A DNA stretch of 64,000 bases from Camelus ferus (Eukaryota). Each line of letters starts with the position of its first letter. Positions within the stretch are counted from its first letter, which is position 1. This document shows, one piece after another, positions 12,181-23,973 of this stretch. The stretch lies in the NCBI RefSeq assembly GCF_009834535.1, contig NC_045697.1, forward strand, positions 48,796,001 to 48,860,000. The letters run 5' to 3'. The notes beneath the pieces were generated by a model, which saw only the letters and a list, made by a program, of their open reading frames with translations, made no database searches and was not told where the DNA came from. A program made the position numbers and the translations under genes.

Positions 12181-13269
12181 TACATTTTTTTTACATCTCA
12201 CTGTCTAAAAATTTTAAAGCTGTTTTTACATTTCTTTGAGAAAATCATACCTATATTTTTAATGCCTTTTCATATAGACCTGTTAGTCTGCCCAACTGTC
12301 ATAAAGCAAGAGTTGTAATTCCAAAAGGCCCGTCTGGTAATCCAATACAGAAGAACGGAGTGGAGTCACTTGAAAGGAGATTCCCATCAAAGGGGAGTTG
12401 CTAGTGTCAAGTTACAGTAATTCACTTGGTTCTGATATTTACAGCTGCTACAGGTCGGAGTCAATACCCCATCTTCCGAGTTTCCTTTGCTAATGAAAAG
12501 CAGTAAGACTTTTGCAAAACAGAGGAATGTATGTGCCCTAAATTTATGATAATCACAGGCCCTGATAATTTAGTAAGATTGCTGATTTTGTTGGCAATAG
12601 ACTTACAGAGAGCTTAAGACAGGTATTCTCCCTAAATCCTGGTTCCCTCCATCATCGTGTACAGAAAACAAGTAATAGAGCCCACTACACCGGAGGGAAT
12701 CTCTACCCAGTGGACACCTCACTGGCATGACTGTAAGACCTAAAACAGGTTTCTGAACAGGCTAGAGCTAATTCAGCCACAAGTCCCCAAAGACAAGGCT
12801 GATGGGCTGCATCTCATTCTGGAGTGTCTGACTCAGGCCCAGGTTTCAGACTGTTCTTAAGCTTTACATGAACCCTAGGATCTGCCCCCTGCAGGCTGCT
12901 CTCCAGAAGCTCCTTGATTTACCTCCTAGGACTATTCAGGAAGTTGGGAGAAAGTATAAGATGGGCGAGCATGGCCTGTGTACTGTGACATGTCTACAGA
13001 ATTCTGGGAAACACAATCACAGACACAACAGCCTGCCAATGACTGATCATTTTTTTGGACAGACTCCCAACAGTTTGAATTAAAATCCCAAAGTTCTGCA
13101 AACACTGTCTGTGATTACAAATTCAAGAATGATAAGACAGTGATGCTGTAGGTAGCCACCATCAGCCACTGTGGCATCCTGGTAGGTACAAAGGACAGTA
13201 TTCTACAATGATGTGTGCAGACATCCAAGGCCTGGGAAAACAATGGCGCTTTTATCATAAAGGAAAGAT

Positions 13270-13485
13270 ATTTAGTAGAGAACAGGGGCTTTGGGACAGA
13301 CCAAATTTCAAAACCCAGATCTGCCACGTACCATGTGATCTTGGTCAAGGCATTTCACCTCTGTGAGCTTTAATTTCTTCATCTGTAAAGAGGGACAATA
13401 CCACCCATCTATCAGGGTTGTTGAGATGATCAAAGATTATGCAGATAAAATGCTTGGCATCAACTATGCATAAATGGAAGCTACT
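13270..13485 (+). mobile_element. MIR SINE
   Basis: Near full-length MIR similarity (ATGTGATCTTGGTCAAGGCATTTCACCTCTGTGAGC...CATCTGTAAAG...CAGGGTTGTTGAG). Confidence 0.8.
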
Positions 13486-14174
13486 TTAGGCTACCCAGGC
13501 TAAACAAGATTACATTTCTAAACTCCAGCAATTTCCTAATTACCATTTCTTAACTGCCAAGAGTGTTACTGGAAATTTTTATTATTAGTACAACTTGGAG
13601 ATAAATGGGAAGCAGTATTTGAGATAGACAGTGGGTATGTATATTTAAGAAAGAATAGTTAAAGGAAGAACAGTTTTGTCACTTTTTTAGTGGAAATGCA
13701 GAAACGTGCAGAATTTGTGAAATTCAACTTATTTAAATGCCAACAATTACTGTTCAAACAAGTAGGATTACTTTTAATGTAGCAGATGATCCTTTCTCAC
13801 TAAAGAGGCAAATTTTAAAATAATCTCAACTAGAAATGAAGAATCCCACAACCATTTTTATCACTAGAAGCATAGCTCACTGGCAGGGAGTGACTTTTCT
13901 TTCCTTGGATTTCCTAGCATTGCAGGTTACATGAGTGAGGGTTAGCCCGATGAAATGATCCTACACGTCCTCATCACAGCTCTTCCATGCTTCAGCCTGA
14001 AGTCTATATGATGCCACTCCTACTCTCAAACCACGAAGAGCTGACTCCTGCACAGATATGAAACACCCCAGGGTACCTTCTGCCCCTCTGCTCACCTCCT
14101 TCACTAATAAAATGAAAGATCAAGGGATTTTTCTGTAGGTGAAGCAAGCTGAGTGGCACTCAGACTCAACAGTC

Positions 14175-14620
14175 TTCAACAAAGATTTAGTGCCCACCTC
14201 CTCTATGCCAGGCATTGTGCTAGGCTCTGAGCGGTACAGCGGTGAACGAAACAGTCCTTGCTCCCAAGATGATTAGAGTCTAAAGGGGAAGACAAAGAAG
14301 TTTACAACACCATGCAGTTGGTCAGTGGGTTAACAAAGATATGATATGATAAAGATACTCACCAGCTTTAGGGAGGGGAAGACAAGCATTCTAGAGAAGT
14401 AGACTTGGCCAAGGGAGGAGGAAAAAGCCAAGTATGCTCAGGCACTGGAAGTGGATGGCATGCGGAGCAGGAAAGAAAGCAGGGCTTCTCTGGTCAGATT
14501 TGAGGCTGGAGAGGAAAATCCTGCACACTGTGTATAAATCTTGCCTTTTATCTTGAAGGCAATGTGCAGCAATTAGGGCTTTCAGTAATTCAAGAGGGAA
14601 GACAGAGGGAGAGGGAGAGG
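14175..14620 (-). mobile_element. L2 3' fragment
   Basis: CAACAAAGATTTAGTGCCCACCTCCTCTATGCCAGGCATTGTGCTAGGCTCTGAG. Confidence 0.7.
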
Positions 14621-17600
14621 GAGGGTGGGGAGAGAGAGTTATCATGGATGAAAGTGGTCCCCCCAAGAAGAAAGTCCTTTTGTGTTTCATTTTGGCATAG
14701 CTGCATAATCAAGTAGCTAGCTATTGGGGGTTAGGTAAAGTTTTCAAAACCAAAAAATCAAAGGCCTATAGTTTTTCTATCAGGAAATTTTAAACCATAT
14801 GTTCGATAGCACCTATTAGAACTACTTGGAGGCAGGGATGAAGCTGAAACTGTAGCCACACTGCCACTGTAGTTTGGAAAGTATTTTGGCCTCCTGGGGA
14901 GGCAGAGATTTGGCTGAGCATCTCACTCAGTACAGGAAGTGCAGCTCAAAGGCACCGGATAAACGAGGAGTGTGACACTAAACTCTCTGCTCTGCTCACA
15001 CAGTTGAAGGATGCCTGAATTGTGAGCAAGGCTTACCTATCGGCTTTGCACACAGGGATCATTTCCAACAATAATGACTATGCAATGTCATTTCACTGAG
15101 GTTAATGCGGGGACAACAGGTCAGAGAGGGAAAAATTGTAAATCATATGCTATTTTTCCTTTCAAATCAGAAAGCTATTAAAATCCATTACAGACTACCT
15201 CAAATCTTTTCGCAAATATGTCAACTCTCACCTGGCTTTCATTCAAACAACCTTTCCAACGTTCAATATTATTATCAAATCCAAAAACACGTTGAAGCAG
15301 CTCTGAATCACGCAGTGTATACAATGACCCCGTATTAGTCCCGATGTGCTTCTAACACTCTGATTCACGTCAGTCACTTTTTCCTCACTTCTGTCTGGCT
15401 TCTTCAAGCAAAACCCAACTTAAGAAAGAAACACCACAGTAACCACTCTTTACAAAAATGTGACCGAGGAGGGACGCAGGGCACCAGATTTGAATGTGCA
15501 GTGGTAACTGCCTTTGCTGGGAATTCTCATGCCCCACACCCACTCTGGGAAACCTGAATAACAAAACAGACTCAAGGCTTCCAAAATTACTCAGGCTGCG
15601 GCAAACGCTGTCTGCTCACGCTGCTCACGCCTCATCTCCCTGGAAACCCAGAAACTTCCCAAGAATGACATTACGGCGGCAAAGCAGGCAGCCGAGTGAA
15701 CCCTGGAGCTGGAATATACTGTCTTTTGCAGACAACAGGGCTTCAGTGTCAAAGCCACAAGACCAAGGGCAGGCACAGCATCCAGAATAAAGCCTCCAGC
15801 AGGATGCACAGAATGGACCACAGACATGTGGATCCAGACAGAAGCACACCCGCTGAAATGGCTGATTGCAGAGCAGGTGTTTATTGCCCTGGCATCTTAA
15901 GGAGAAATAAAAGGGGGAGGTGAAGGTTTTATGATGATTTTATTTATGTTTAAAAATACCGGGTAACTCTTTTAGCATGTCTGTTTCTCTCCTACATAAA
16001 TAGATATTTTAAAAATATTTGATAGGGGAATCTGAAATAACCTACATTGAAAATCCGTGTACATGAATTACAAATATTAACCTGCTGGGAATGAAAAATG
16101 AAACAAGAGTTTCTCTGAGAACTGGACCCAAACTCTCTCCACTTGAGAAAGAAACCGCAGACACCTCGGTCACGGTCCATCCGAGTGTGTGGGGAATTTA
16201 TTTGCTCCCTCTCCCCTGCCCCCGAAGGTCTCTTGCTCCAAATCCTGCGTGTTTTTTCAGGATCACACTCCCAGCTCCCACTGCTGAAAAACACTATGGT
16301 GTTCCGTGCAAATCCAAAGCTAAACAGGAAAGAGGCAGAAAGAGATTTTTGAAGCATAAGCATCTAGTAAGACCGTAGTTCTGTATCCTGTTTGTCAGCT
16401 AGCAGGGAAAAAGCCTTTATTTAAGCAACATTCAACTGAAAAATGATTTTTTAAAATACCATCTTTCTTAAAAGAAATATTCGTGTCAGTTGGATGAGAA
16501 AATATAGAATGTTCTTGCTACGTCCTTGAAAAGGTCCAGGTCATCGTTTGGGCTACATCGTACATGAAAAGTTCTGAGTGGGAGCCCAGTGCTTCCTCCC
16601 ACCCCCTCCACCCTGCCCACCACAATTAGCTCTCTAGCTAGAAGTCAAGTTTTATAATCTGCTAAGTGACCAGACAGACAGACTGGCTCTGCAAGGTAAT
16701 GTTTCCAATTTGACTCACACTTGTGGTCTTTGACCTGAACAGTCATTTGTGGTCCAAGTGCCATAGACATTCTGAAGGGTGGTGTACTCGGTGATAAGCT
16801 TAGACATTCAGGCTTGGGTTGACTTTTTGCCTTGCTGTCCACAGACTTGGAACAGCAGGAGATACGTGTTGTAGAAAAGGAAGGAGGGAAATGGAAAGGA
16901 AAAGAAAAAACCAAAATATATTTCTTGAGGCAAAATATCCCAAACTTGAGCCATAAACGAAGTCAAAAGCATAAAATATATCTTCGGGGAGTTCTTCCCC
17001 CTAAAATAAACACACACAGCAATAAAAGAGTAAACAGAGGCAAGCTGTAAATCAAAATCTTCCGCCTAATGCATTCCTGAAGTTTCTTCCTGAGAGCGAA
17101 TGCCAGTGAGAAATGGGTGAGCGCAGACAGACAACGAGAGGTTAGGGCAAGCTGACTCAGTCATTTTCATTAGAGATAAGATCGCCTGGCCCCCTTCAGT
17201 GGCTTTGATAGCTAATGTCCCTCCATCTGATTCTGATCCTCAAAACCATAAACTAGGAAGGAAAATCCCCTTTGCTTTTAGACATCACTACCCACAACTT
17301 AAGCAAAGACAGCCCAGGGAATAATAAAAATATTCAGAGCCATCAAGTAAGAGCTATTATTACATCCATTCTTTGCTGGCAGACTCAGCTCCCCACGGCC
17401 TCCTTTTCTCCACCCAGGGAAAATGTGGCTTTCAGATCCCATTTTTTGTTCCTTCTCAAACCAAACTCCCTGAAATATGATCTCTATTTGCTTAAAGAGG
17501 GTCCTGGAAAGAGAGAGAAACTTTATCTGCCTGTGAGAAATGGAATTAGCTGAAAACCTACTGGAAACTTGGGTAGGAATACTACAGTGAATGGTTAAAT

Positions 17601-18859
17601 ATTTACAACGTAAGAACCAGTTCATTGGAAAACAAATATACAAGTGCCTGGCTTCGTTCCCTGCCTCAGGAATCAAGAATGTTCCCTTGCTGAGAGCCTG
17701 CCATTTTATTGACATTCAAGTAAGAACTGACTCCAGGAAAAGACGGTAGGAGTGAGTACAGGAACTACAGCTCTGCAAAGCGGTGTTGCATTAGATGAGT
17801 TCACTATGACATAGCCACCCTTTAAACAACAAATTCACAAAGAGAATATGTCTAGGAAAAATGAAGGATAATTTTAACATCAAGCATAGGAGTGCCCATG
17901 TAAACTCATCCATCTATTCATCCAAATGCTCAGCACTAACAGGATATAAAGAATGTTAGAAGATCTAAATTAAATCAGACCTATATTCTGTGGGCAACTG
18001 GGACCTGCATCCCACCTAAGATGGAAGGAAAAAAGAAAGAATCAGGAGAAAAAAATGAAGCTCCACTCAAACCACTGTATAAATAAATAACCTCCAAGGC
18101 TCTACGTGCCCAGTAGGCTTTGGTGCAAAGGTGGTGGATCAGGAATTAGGAAAGTGTACAAAGTAATTCTTATTAGGAATCCTTTGCACTGCTTGTGTTT
18201 TGTCTCATTCAGTGTAAGTCAGTTCAGCGTCTCTGAAGTAAGCTTGTGGGAGTGTCAGCTGACGTCCTCAGGTAACTTGGTCTGCAACAGTCAGATCACA
18301 TGAGCTGGTATTTGTGGTGCCTAGCTTCCTGGTGACAGGTGTGGGCCAAGTGTCAGGCTCTCCGTGGCGCTGACTCTGCCCTTGATTGATAGGATAGAAG
18401 CTTTAAAAAAACAAACGAACAACAACAAAAGTTGGGGGCAATAGGAGGCTCTTGGAGATGGAAAAGGAAAAACAAAGGAGAAAATCACAAAAATCCCACT
18501 GAAGTCAAATTCACTTTTCTGGACTCTTTCCATTGTAAGGGGTTTTGCATTCCCTTTCCAGGGCCTAACACTTGAGGATTTTCATTTGGGTCATCCTAGT
18601 TCCTGCAGATCGCAGAAGGGTGCAGATAAGGTGTCGTCCACCGGCAGAACCTCAGCCAGGAGGCCAGAGGACTGACCCCAGGAAGAGCAGCTTCCCAACC
18701 CTCACGCTTTGATCTGCTTCTGCGATAGAAGGGACTGCTACATGATTTAAAAGATTCATTAAAGGCTGGGGAAATGCCTCTACACTATGATGAAAGGCAG
18801 AGTTGTACAGGAAAACAGTTGTGAGGTCCCTCAGCCTGGTGACCCTGAGATCCCATCTT

Positions 18860-19670
18860 CTCACTGCCTCTAACGCTGGACATCCCCAGAGTCCTCTGCC
18901 CTTTCAGCCCCTGTCGCCTTCTCCACTTACATTTATTACCTGCTGCAGGCAGGCTGTGGAGTTTACGGTTGTCCAAACTGCCAAACCTGGCTGCCTCTTC
19001 CGTGTCCACCCCTGTCATTTTCAATCTTGGCATTGCCAACCACTCCCTCCCCTTCAAACTCTCCCCCTTGCCTTCCAGAACAGCATTCTCATTATCCCCA
19101 CCCCATGTTAGTTTTGCTGTATTGCTTCTTCCTCTAAGTACCAAGGCCCACTGCCCTCCTCTCTCTGCTTCTGCCCTCTTGCTCAGGAATCTCATCGCTG
19201 TCATCTCTCAGGATCACCTTTATGTGGATAATTCCCAAATCCACTGCATTGCTTCAGACACTTTCCTGGGCTTTGTCCTCCATTTCCAGCTGCCTGTTGG
19301 ACACCTTCACTAGCAGAGCCTAAGGCCAGAGACCAAAATCATCATCTGTTTCTAAACAAAAAAGTCCCAGATCCCTTCCCGAATGGCCTATTTCCACAAA
19401 TAACCTCACAATTCCACAAGCCAATGGGTTTCCAACATCCCTCACAATTAGGAATCAAATCCAGGGCCCATTCTCCCCACCCTGTGCCCTTCCTTCCTGG
19501 TAGCACTGCCCTAATTCAGGTTTCCTAAACTGCATACATCTTTCTCTGACAGTAAACATGCCAGTTCTCCCTCTCGCCCCCATTCCGCAGCAGCACAGGT
19601 CCCCGTTTCCAATGAACTGCCCTCTACACACTTCAGGCCTTTCACCACTTGCTCTCATACATCGCTGAAA
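18860..19670 (+). mobile_element. Degraded L2 fragment
   Basis: L2 body motifs (TTTATGTGGATAATTCCCAAAT, CATTTCCAGCTGCCTGTTGGACACCTTCAC). Confidence 0.6.
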
Positions 19671-19999
19671 ATAATGAACAAGAGACCAGTAGCAAAGAAG
19701 TATTAGGTATTTTGGAAAATTTTTAAATAGGTGAATGCTTATATGCTTACGAATGTCACTAAGATGTGAGGACATCTGGTCGGTGGCTTCATTAAAGCTC
19801 TTTAAGGGCAGGCTGCTCTCCTGAGATTGGATTGGTCCATATAGAAAAGTCACGTACCAGGTCCAAGACAGGGGGTTCCCCACGTGATCGCAGGGCTCGG
19901 CCTGAGAACTCATCAGAGTAAATCATCCTTCCTTCAAACACACTGTAGGTCGCAAGTTCAAATAAAGGGTCCTACATATTCTATTGGAAAAAAAAAGAG

Positions 20000-20485
20000 G
20001 AAGATTATATTCTTCAAAAATGATAATTGCATTAAAGACAAAGAAAGGCTGTGCACATGTTCCAGATAAAAAGACACGATAACTAACTGCCACACCTGGC
20101 CCATGACTGGATCCAGTACTGGGAGGAAAACATATGCTGCAAAGGACATTACTGTGTCAGTTGCTAAAACTGAAGTATAAATAGTAGATTAGAGTTTTGT
20201 ATCCGCGTTCCAATGACTAGAGTTGGTGATTGTACTGTGGTTATCAAATAGACCATCCCTATTCTTAGCAAACACACACTGAGGTGTTTAGAAGTAAAAG
20301 CACCACCTGTAAGTATCCCTCAAGTGGTTCAAAATATATTAGCGATGGCACATGTGATAAAGCAAGAGGGAAAAAGGTCAGGAATGTGTGAGTCTGGGTA
20401 AAGGATACAGGACTGTTCCGTGAGCTATCCTTAGTCTTGCAAGTTTTCTATGATTTGGAAATTATTTTCAAATAAAAAGTTAAAA
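20000..20485 (+). mobile_element. Ancient L1 (L1MC-like) 3' UTR
   Basis: AAAGACAAAGAAAGGCTG...TTGTACTGTGGTTAT...CCCTATTCTTAG...CAAATAAAAAGTTAAAA, typical of an L1MC4/5-type 3' end. Confidence 0.75.
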
Positions 20486-21439
20486 GATCTTAAAGAATTA
20501 AGTCCTCATATCTGTATTCATGAAGAGCAGGGGAGCCCTGCACATTGCAAAGAATCAAACAATATTTGAGGCATGAATGTCTAATGCATAAACCTTCTGT
20601 AATACAGTTATAGTATCTGCTTAGGTAACGTTTATGTCCATGACACTCACATTTCCATGCTAGTTTGTAACATTCTGTTCCTAAGTTCATCTCAAATTAC
20701 ACTAATGTGAAGATAAATTTAAGGATTACATAATACAATGTGCATGTATACAAATATGTATACTATAAGCAAAATACAATCTATGTGTACAAACACATAT
20801 GTGCTTGTTAGTGTCAAACTGTCATTCTAACATTTCATACTTTAGTGCTAAGAAAATCAGCGTTCTACAGGACTACCCAGGAATCTTAAACTTAGCTATC
20901 ATTTTAAATTAAGATTCTACATGTTAACCGATGGTCAAACAAGTAGAATAAACCTGGGCCAATTCCTATAACTCAGAACAAGCCATTAGGCTGAGACTAC
21001 ATCTTAGAGAATGAAATTCCTTGACAATGAACAAATAAAAGACCCCAAATGAGTTGAATTCCATTTCTGTAATGCAATGAGGTAGTCAAACATATTACTA
21101 CAGATCTACAAGGTTAAAGTCTGAAAAATATCTGTGGTCAAAGGTAAATTTCCTTAGATAACAAAAACTTTCTTTAATCCTCTTATCAGTGGATCATTAT
21201 TCTGACAAAGAGTCCTCATCACGTCACTAGCTTGGACAGAAAAATGTTCAGTTAAAATATTTAAATAACGTTCAAACACCAACATGGGCTATTACTTGAA
21301 GCAAATAAATTCTTTAGGGGAAAAAGTAAAATTGAGTCCATGAGGTCAGCTCTATAAACACAGCCTACCATTCTGCTGTGTAACAGCAGCGGCGGCTGGC
21401 ACCCCTGATCTCACACAACATGTGCTTCTCCGTTCTCCG

Positions 21440-21610
21440 TGTTTTATACGCCCTCAATGCTCTACTCGTCCCATAAATTCTGTGAGATAGGTACTCTCAT
21501 TAACGCCATTTCCCGGATGATGAAACTGAGGCACCAGAGGGTCTTGTCTGCAGCAGAACTAGGTTCTGAACACTGGGATCGGGCTCCAGAGTCTGTGTCC
21601 TTCTCCATTA
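21440..21610 (-). mobile_element. MIR SINE
   Basis: CTGTGAGATAGGTACT...CCATTTCCCGGATGATGAAACTGAGGCACCAGAG. Confidence 0.75.
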
Positions 21611-21989
21611 GTTGTATTTATTTAGATAAAACACAAACAACTCTGATGCAGCTTTCAACTAGAAAGCTGATTTTTGAATACACACTCACCTAACTTTTAC
21701 TTCCTGAGATTCATATTGCTTCGATTACCTACTGAACTTCAATATCACTTATATGTTAATTTCTGCATTTGGGAAACTCAAATGGTAGTCCAAGAAATTG
21801 GACTATTGTTTTCAAAACATGATTTATGATCCAGGAAGCAGGAAACACAGGAGGGTTGATCCTTTCAGGATTCCAAGCCAGATTATTAGCATTAGAGAAT
21901 CTCAAGTTTAGACAAGAACACAGACTTTGTCTTCCCAAGGCCCCCTAGGATGCCTGGATCTCTTTTAGAACACCGCCACCACCGAGCCA

Positions 21990-22210
21990 TTGACTGACCC
22001 TGACTCAAGGCCTCTTCTATTTTCAAACAACTCTAGCTGTTAGAAAATTCTTCCTAATGTCAAACCTGATTTCTGCCTGCCTTTAGCTTCCACCCACTGG
22101 TCCCAATTCTTTCCTCTGGAGTCTAATCCTGCTTTTGCATGATGATCTGTGACATATCGCAAGGCAGACACAACCCCTCTCGGTCTTCTTTAAGCTAAAT
22201 ATGCCCACCT
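21990..22210 (-). mobile_element. L3/CR1 LINE fragment
   Basis: CAACTCTAGCTGTTAGAAAATTCTTCCTAATG...CTTCCACCCACTGGTCCCAATTCT resembles antisense L3. Confidence 0.6.
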
Positions 22211-23304
22211 GTGACAACCACAAAGCCGGAGCGTTCGATTAGTGTGAGGTTCATGAAGTGCAGGCTTCATCTTCCTCACCTGCTGCACAACTCACATTTT
22301 ATATTTATATTTGAAACTGAGGAAGCAGACTCTTCTCTGATTCTATCACCTGATCAAAACTCCAACCCACAGCTAACCCTGCATTTTACAGATTCAGCTC
22401 AGTTCATTTTATATATTAAATACCATTCAACTAGCTCGATAATTATTGGAAGAAGGCCTCCCCCTCTTTCGGGACTTGGCCATCGGCACCTTTCCGCGGT
22501 TAAGGATCATACATGCCAGGCTGCCTCCCCACGGCCCCCTTCCCTTCACTCCCACACGTGATTCCACCAATGGATTCGTGCTCCATCACCTCTAAAATTC
22601 TTAGCTGTAAAACAGCCACAAAGCCGCCCAATGATGATTTACTTTCAACTTCAAGCAGGATTTGTAAACACCGTGATAAATGAGGAGAGGCCCCAAAGCC
22701 GCATTCCTCCAGCGGGTCTTCTTAAGTGGAAACATACTGCATTTCAGCATCAATTGGCATAAATCATTTCAAATCAGGGCTGAACTTCCCCAGCGTTCCT
22801 GCCAGGCGCCTTTCTCATCTGAGCCCCAGCAGCACATGTCAGTCAAAACTGCAGGTAACTGACCTGCCGCCGTGTTCCAGAAGACTGGAGAGCACTGATT
22901 TCAAGTCCATTACTTACTACACTTTTGGTTGAAAGTAATACTTGCAATATGCACTAAGTAAAGGGACCTTTTTTAGGAATGAGAGAAGTTGAGACATATC
23001 TTCAAATGTGCTTGACCTTTCTTAGTCTCTGTGTTCCTGCTCTTTTCTTCCTTATTGCATTTCCATTCCCCACACTGCTCCAGTTCTCAGCCAGTATCTT
23101 CCTTCACACCCTGATAAGGTCAACTGATCTCAGAGAACAGCCAGGCATTTCTCTACGGGTGACCCAGAGCTTAACACAGTCTTCTCTGGAGAAGGGGAGG
23201 GACTGGCAAAGGTCGACAGCAGAAAACCACCTGGATCCACTCACAGCCCCACTCCCTGATGCCCTTAACTCAGGATGCAACCCATCCATGAGTTTCCCAT
23301 ACCC

Positions 23305-23639
23305 TGGACCAGCATCTGCAAACAGAATCTGGCTCAGAGGCTTGTTTGAGTTGACCTGCACTGTGTTAGTGCATGTGGCGCTTTCCATGTGAACATTTAA
23401 TCACTTGGGATCTTTCACATAAAAACCCAGATTTCTGGCAACACTGAGTCTGCATTCCTTCATCATAATAACCCAGTAGAGTTGAGCATCTGCTGATTCC
23501 TTTAGCTAGGAGATATCTGGCCTAGTACTTGTTATTGCCCACTGTGTTCTTAGAAAAAGGGCTATCTACACTGTGTACCTTGCCCACTTCATTTGTGTTT
23601 CTTCCTTGGTCCTATAGCCGTTTAAGTTTGCAAGCCTGG
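23305..23639. mobile_element. MER102-like hAT-Charlie DNA transposon remnant
   Basis: TTCACATAAAAACCCAGATTTCTGGCAACACTGAG...TTTAAGTTTGCAAGCCTG. Confidence 0.6.
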
Positions 23640-23695
23640 TAGATATTCTGTCAAAGACTACTAAATCTGTTTTCCTATCTGTAAAATACTGGGGA

Positions 23696-23755
23696 GGACT
23701 GTAAATCAACTACACTTCAATAAAAATAAATAAAATAAATTCCATGTAAATAAAA
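23696..23755 (+). mobile_element. Minimal L1 tail insertion (~25 bp of L1 plus A-rich tail)
   Basis: CTGTAAATCAACTACACTTCAAT plus (TAAAA)n. 14-bp TSD TAAAATACTGGGGA at 23682-23695 and 23756-23769. Confidence 0.85.
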
Positions 23756-23837
23756 TAAAATACTGGGGATGGCCTTCCACCTCCATGATTATATAGTTTA
23801 GTAGTTTGCTGAGCAAAAGTGGTATTGTGCTGTTCTT

Positions 23838-23973
23838 TTTTGTTTGGTTGTTTTTTTGGTGAGTGTGGGTAATTAGGTTTATTTATTTATTTTTTGATGG
23901 AGGTCCTGGGGATTGAACCCAGGACCTCATGCATGCTAGGCATGCACTCTACCACTGAGCTATAGCCTCCCCC
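23838..23973 (-). mobile_element. tRNA-derived SINE (Vic-1-like)
   Basis: Reverse complement reads GGGGGAGGCTATAGCTCAGTGGTAGAGTGCATGCCTAGCATGCATGAGGTCCTGGGTTCAATCCCC. 17-bp TSD GGTATT(G/A)TGCTGTTCTT at 23821-23837 and 23974-23990. Confidence 0.92.
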
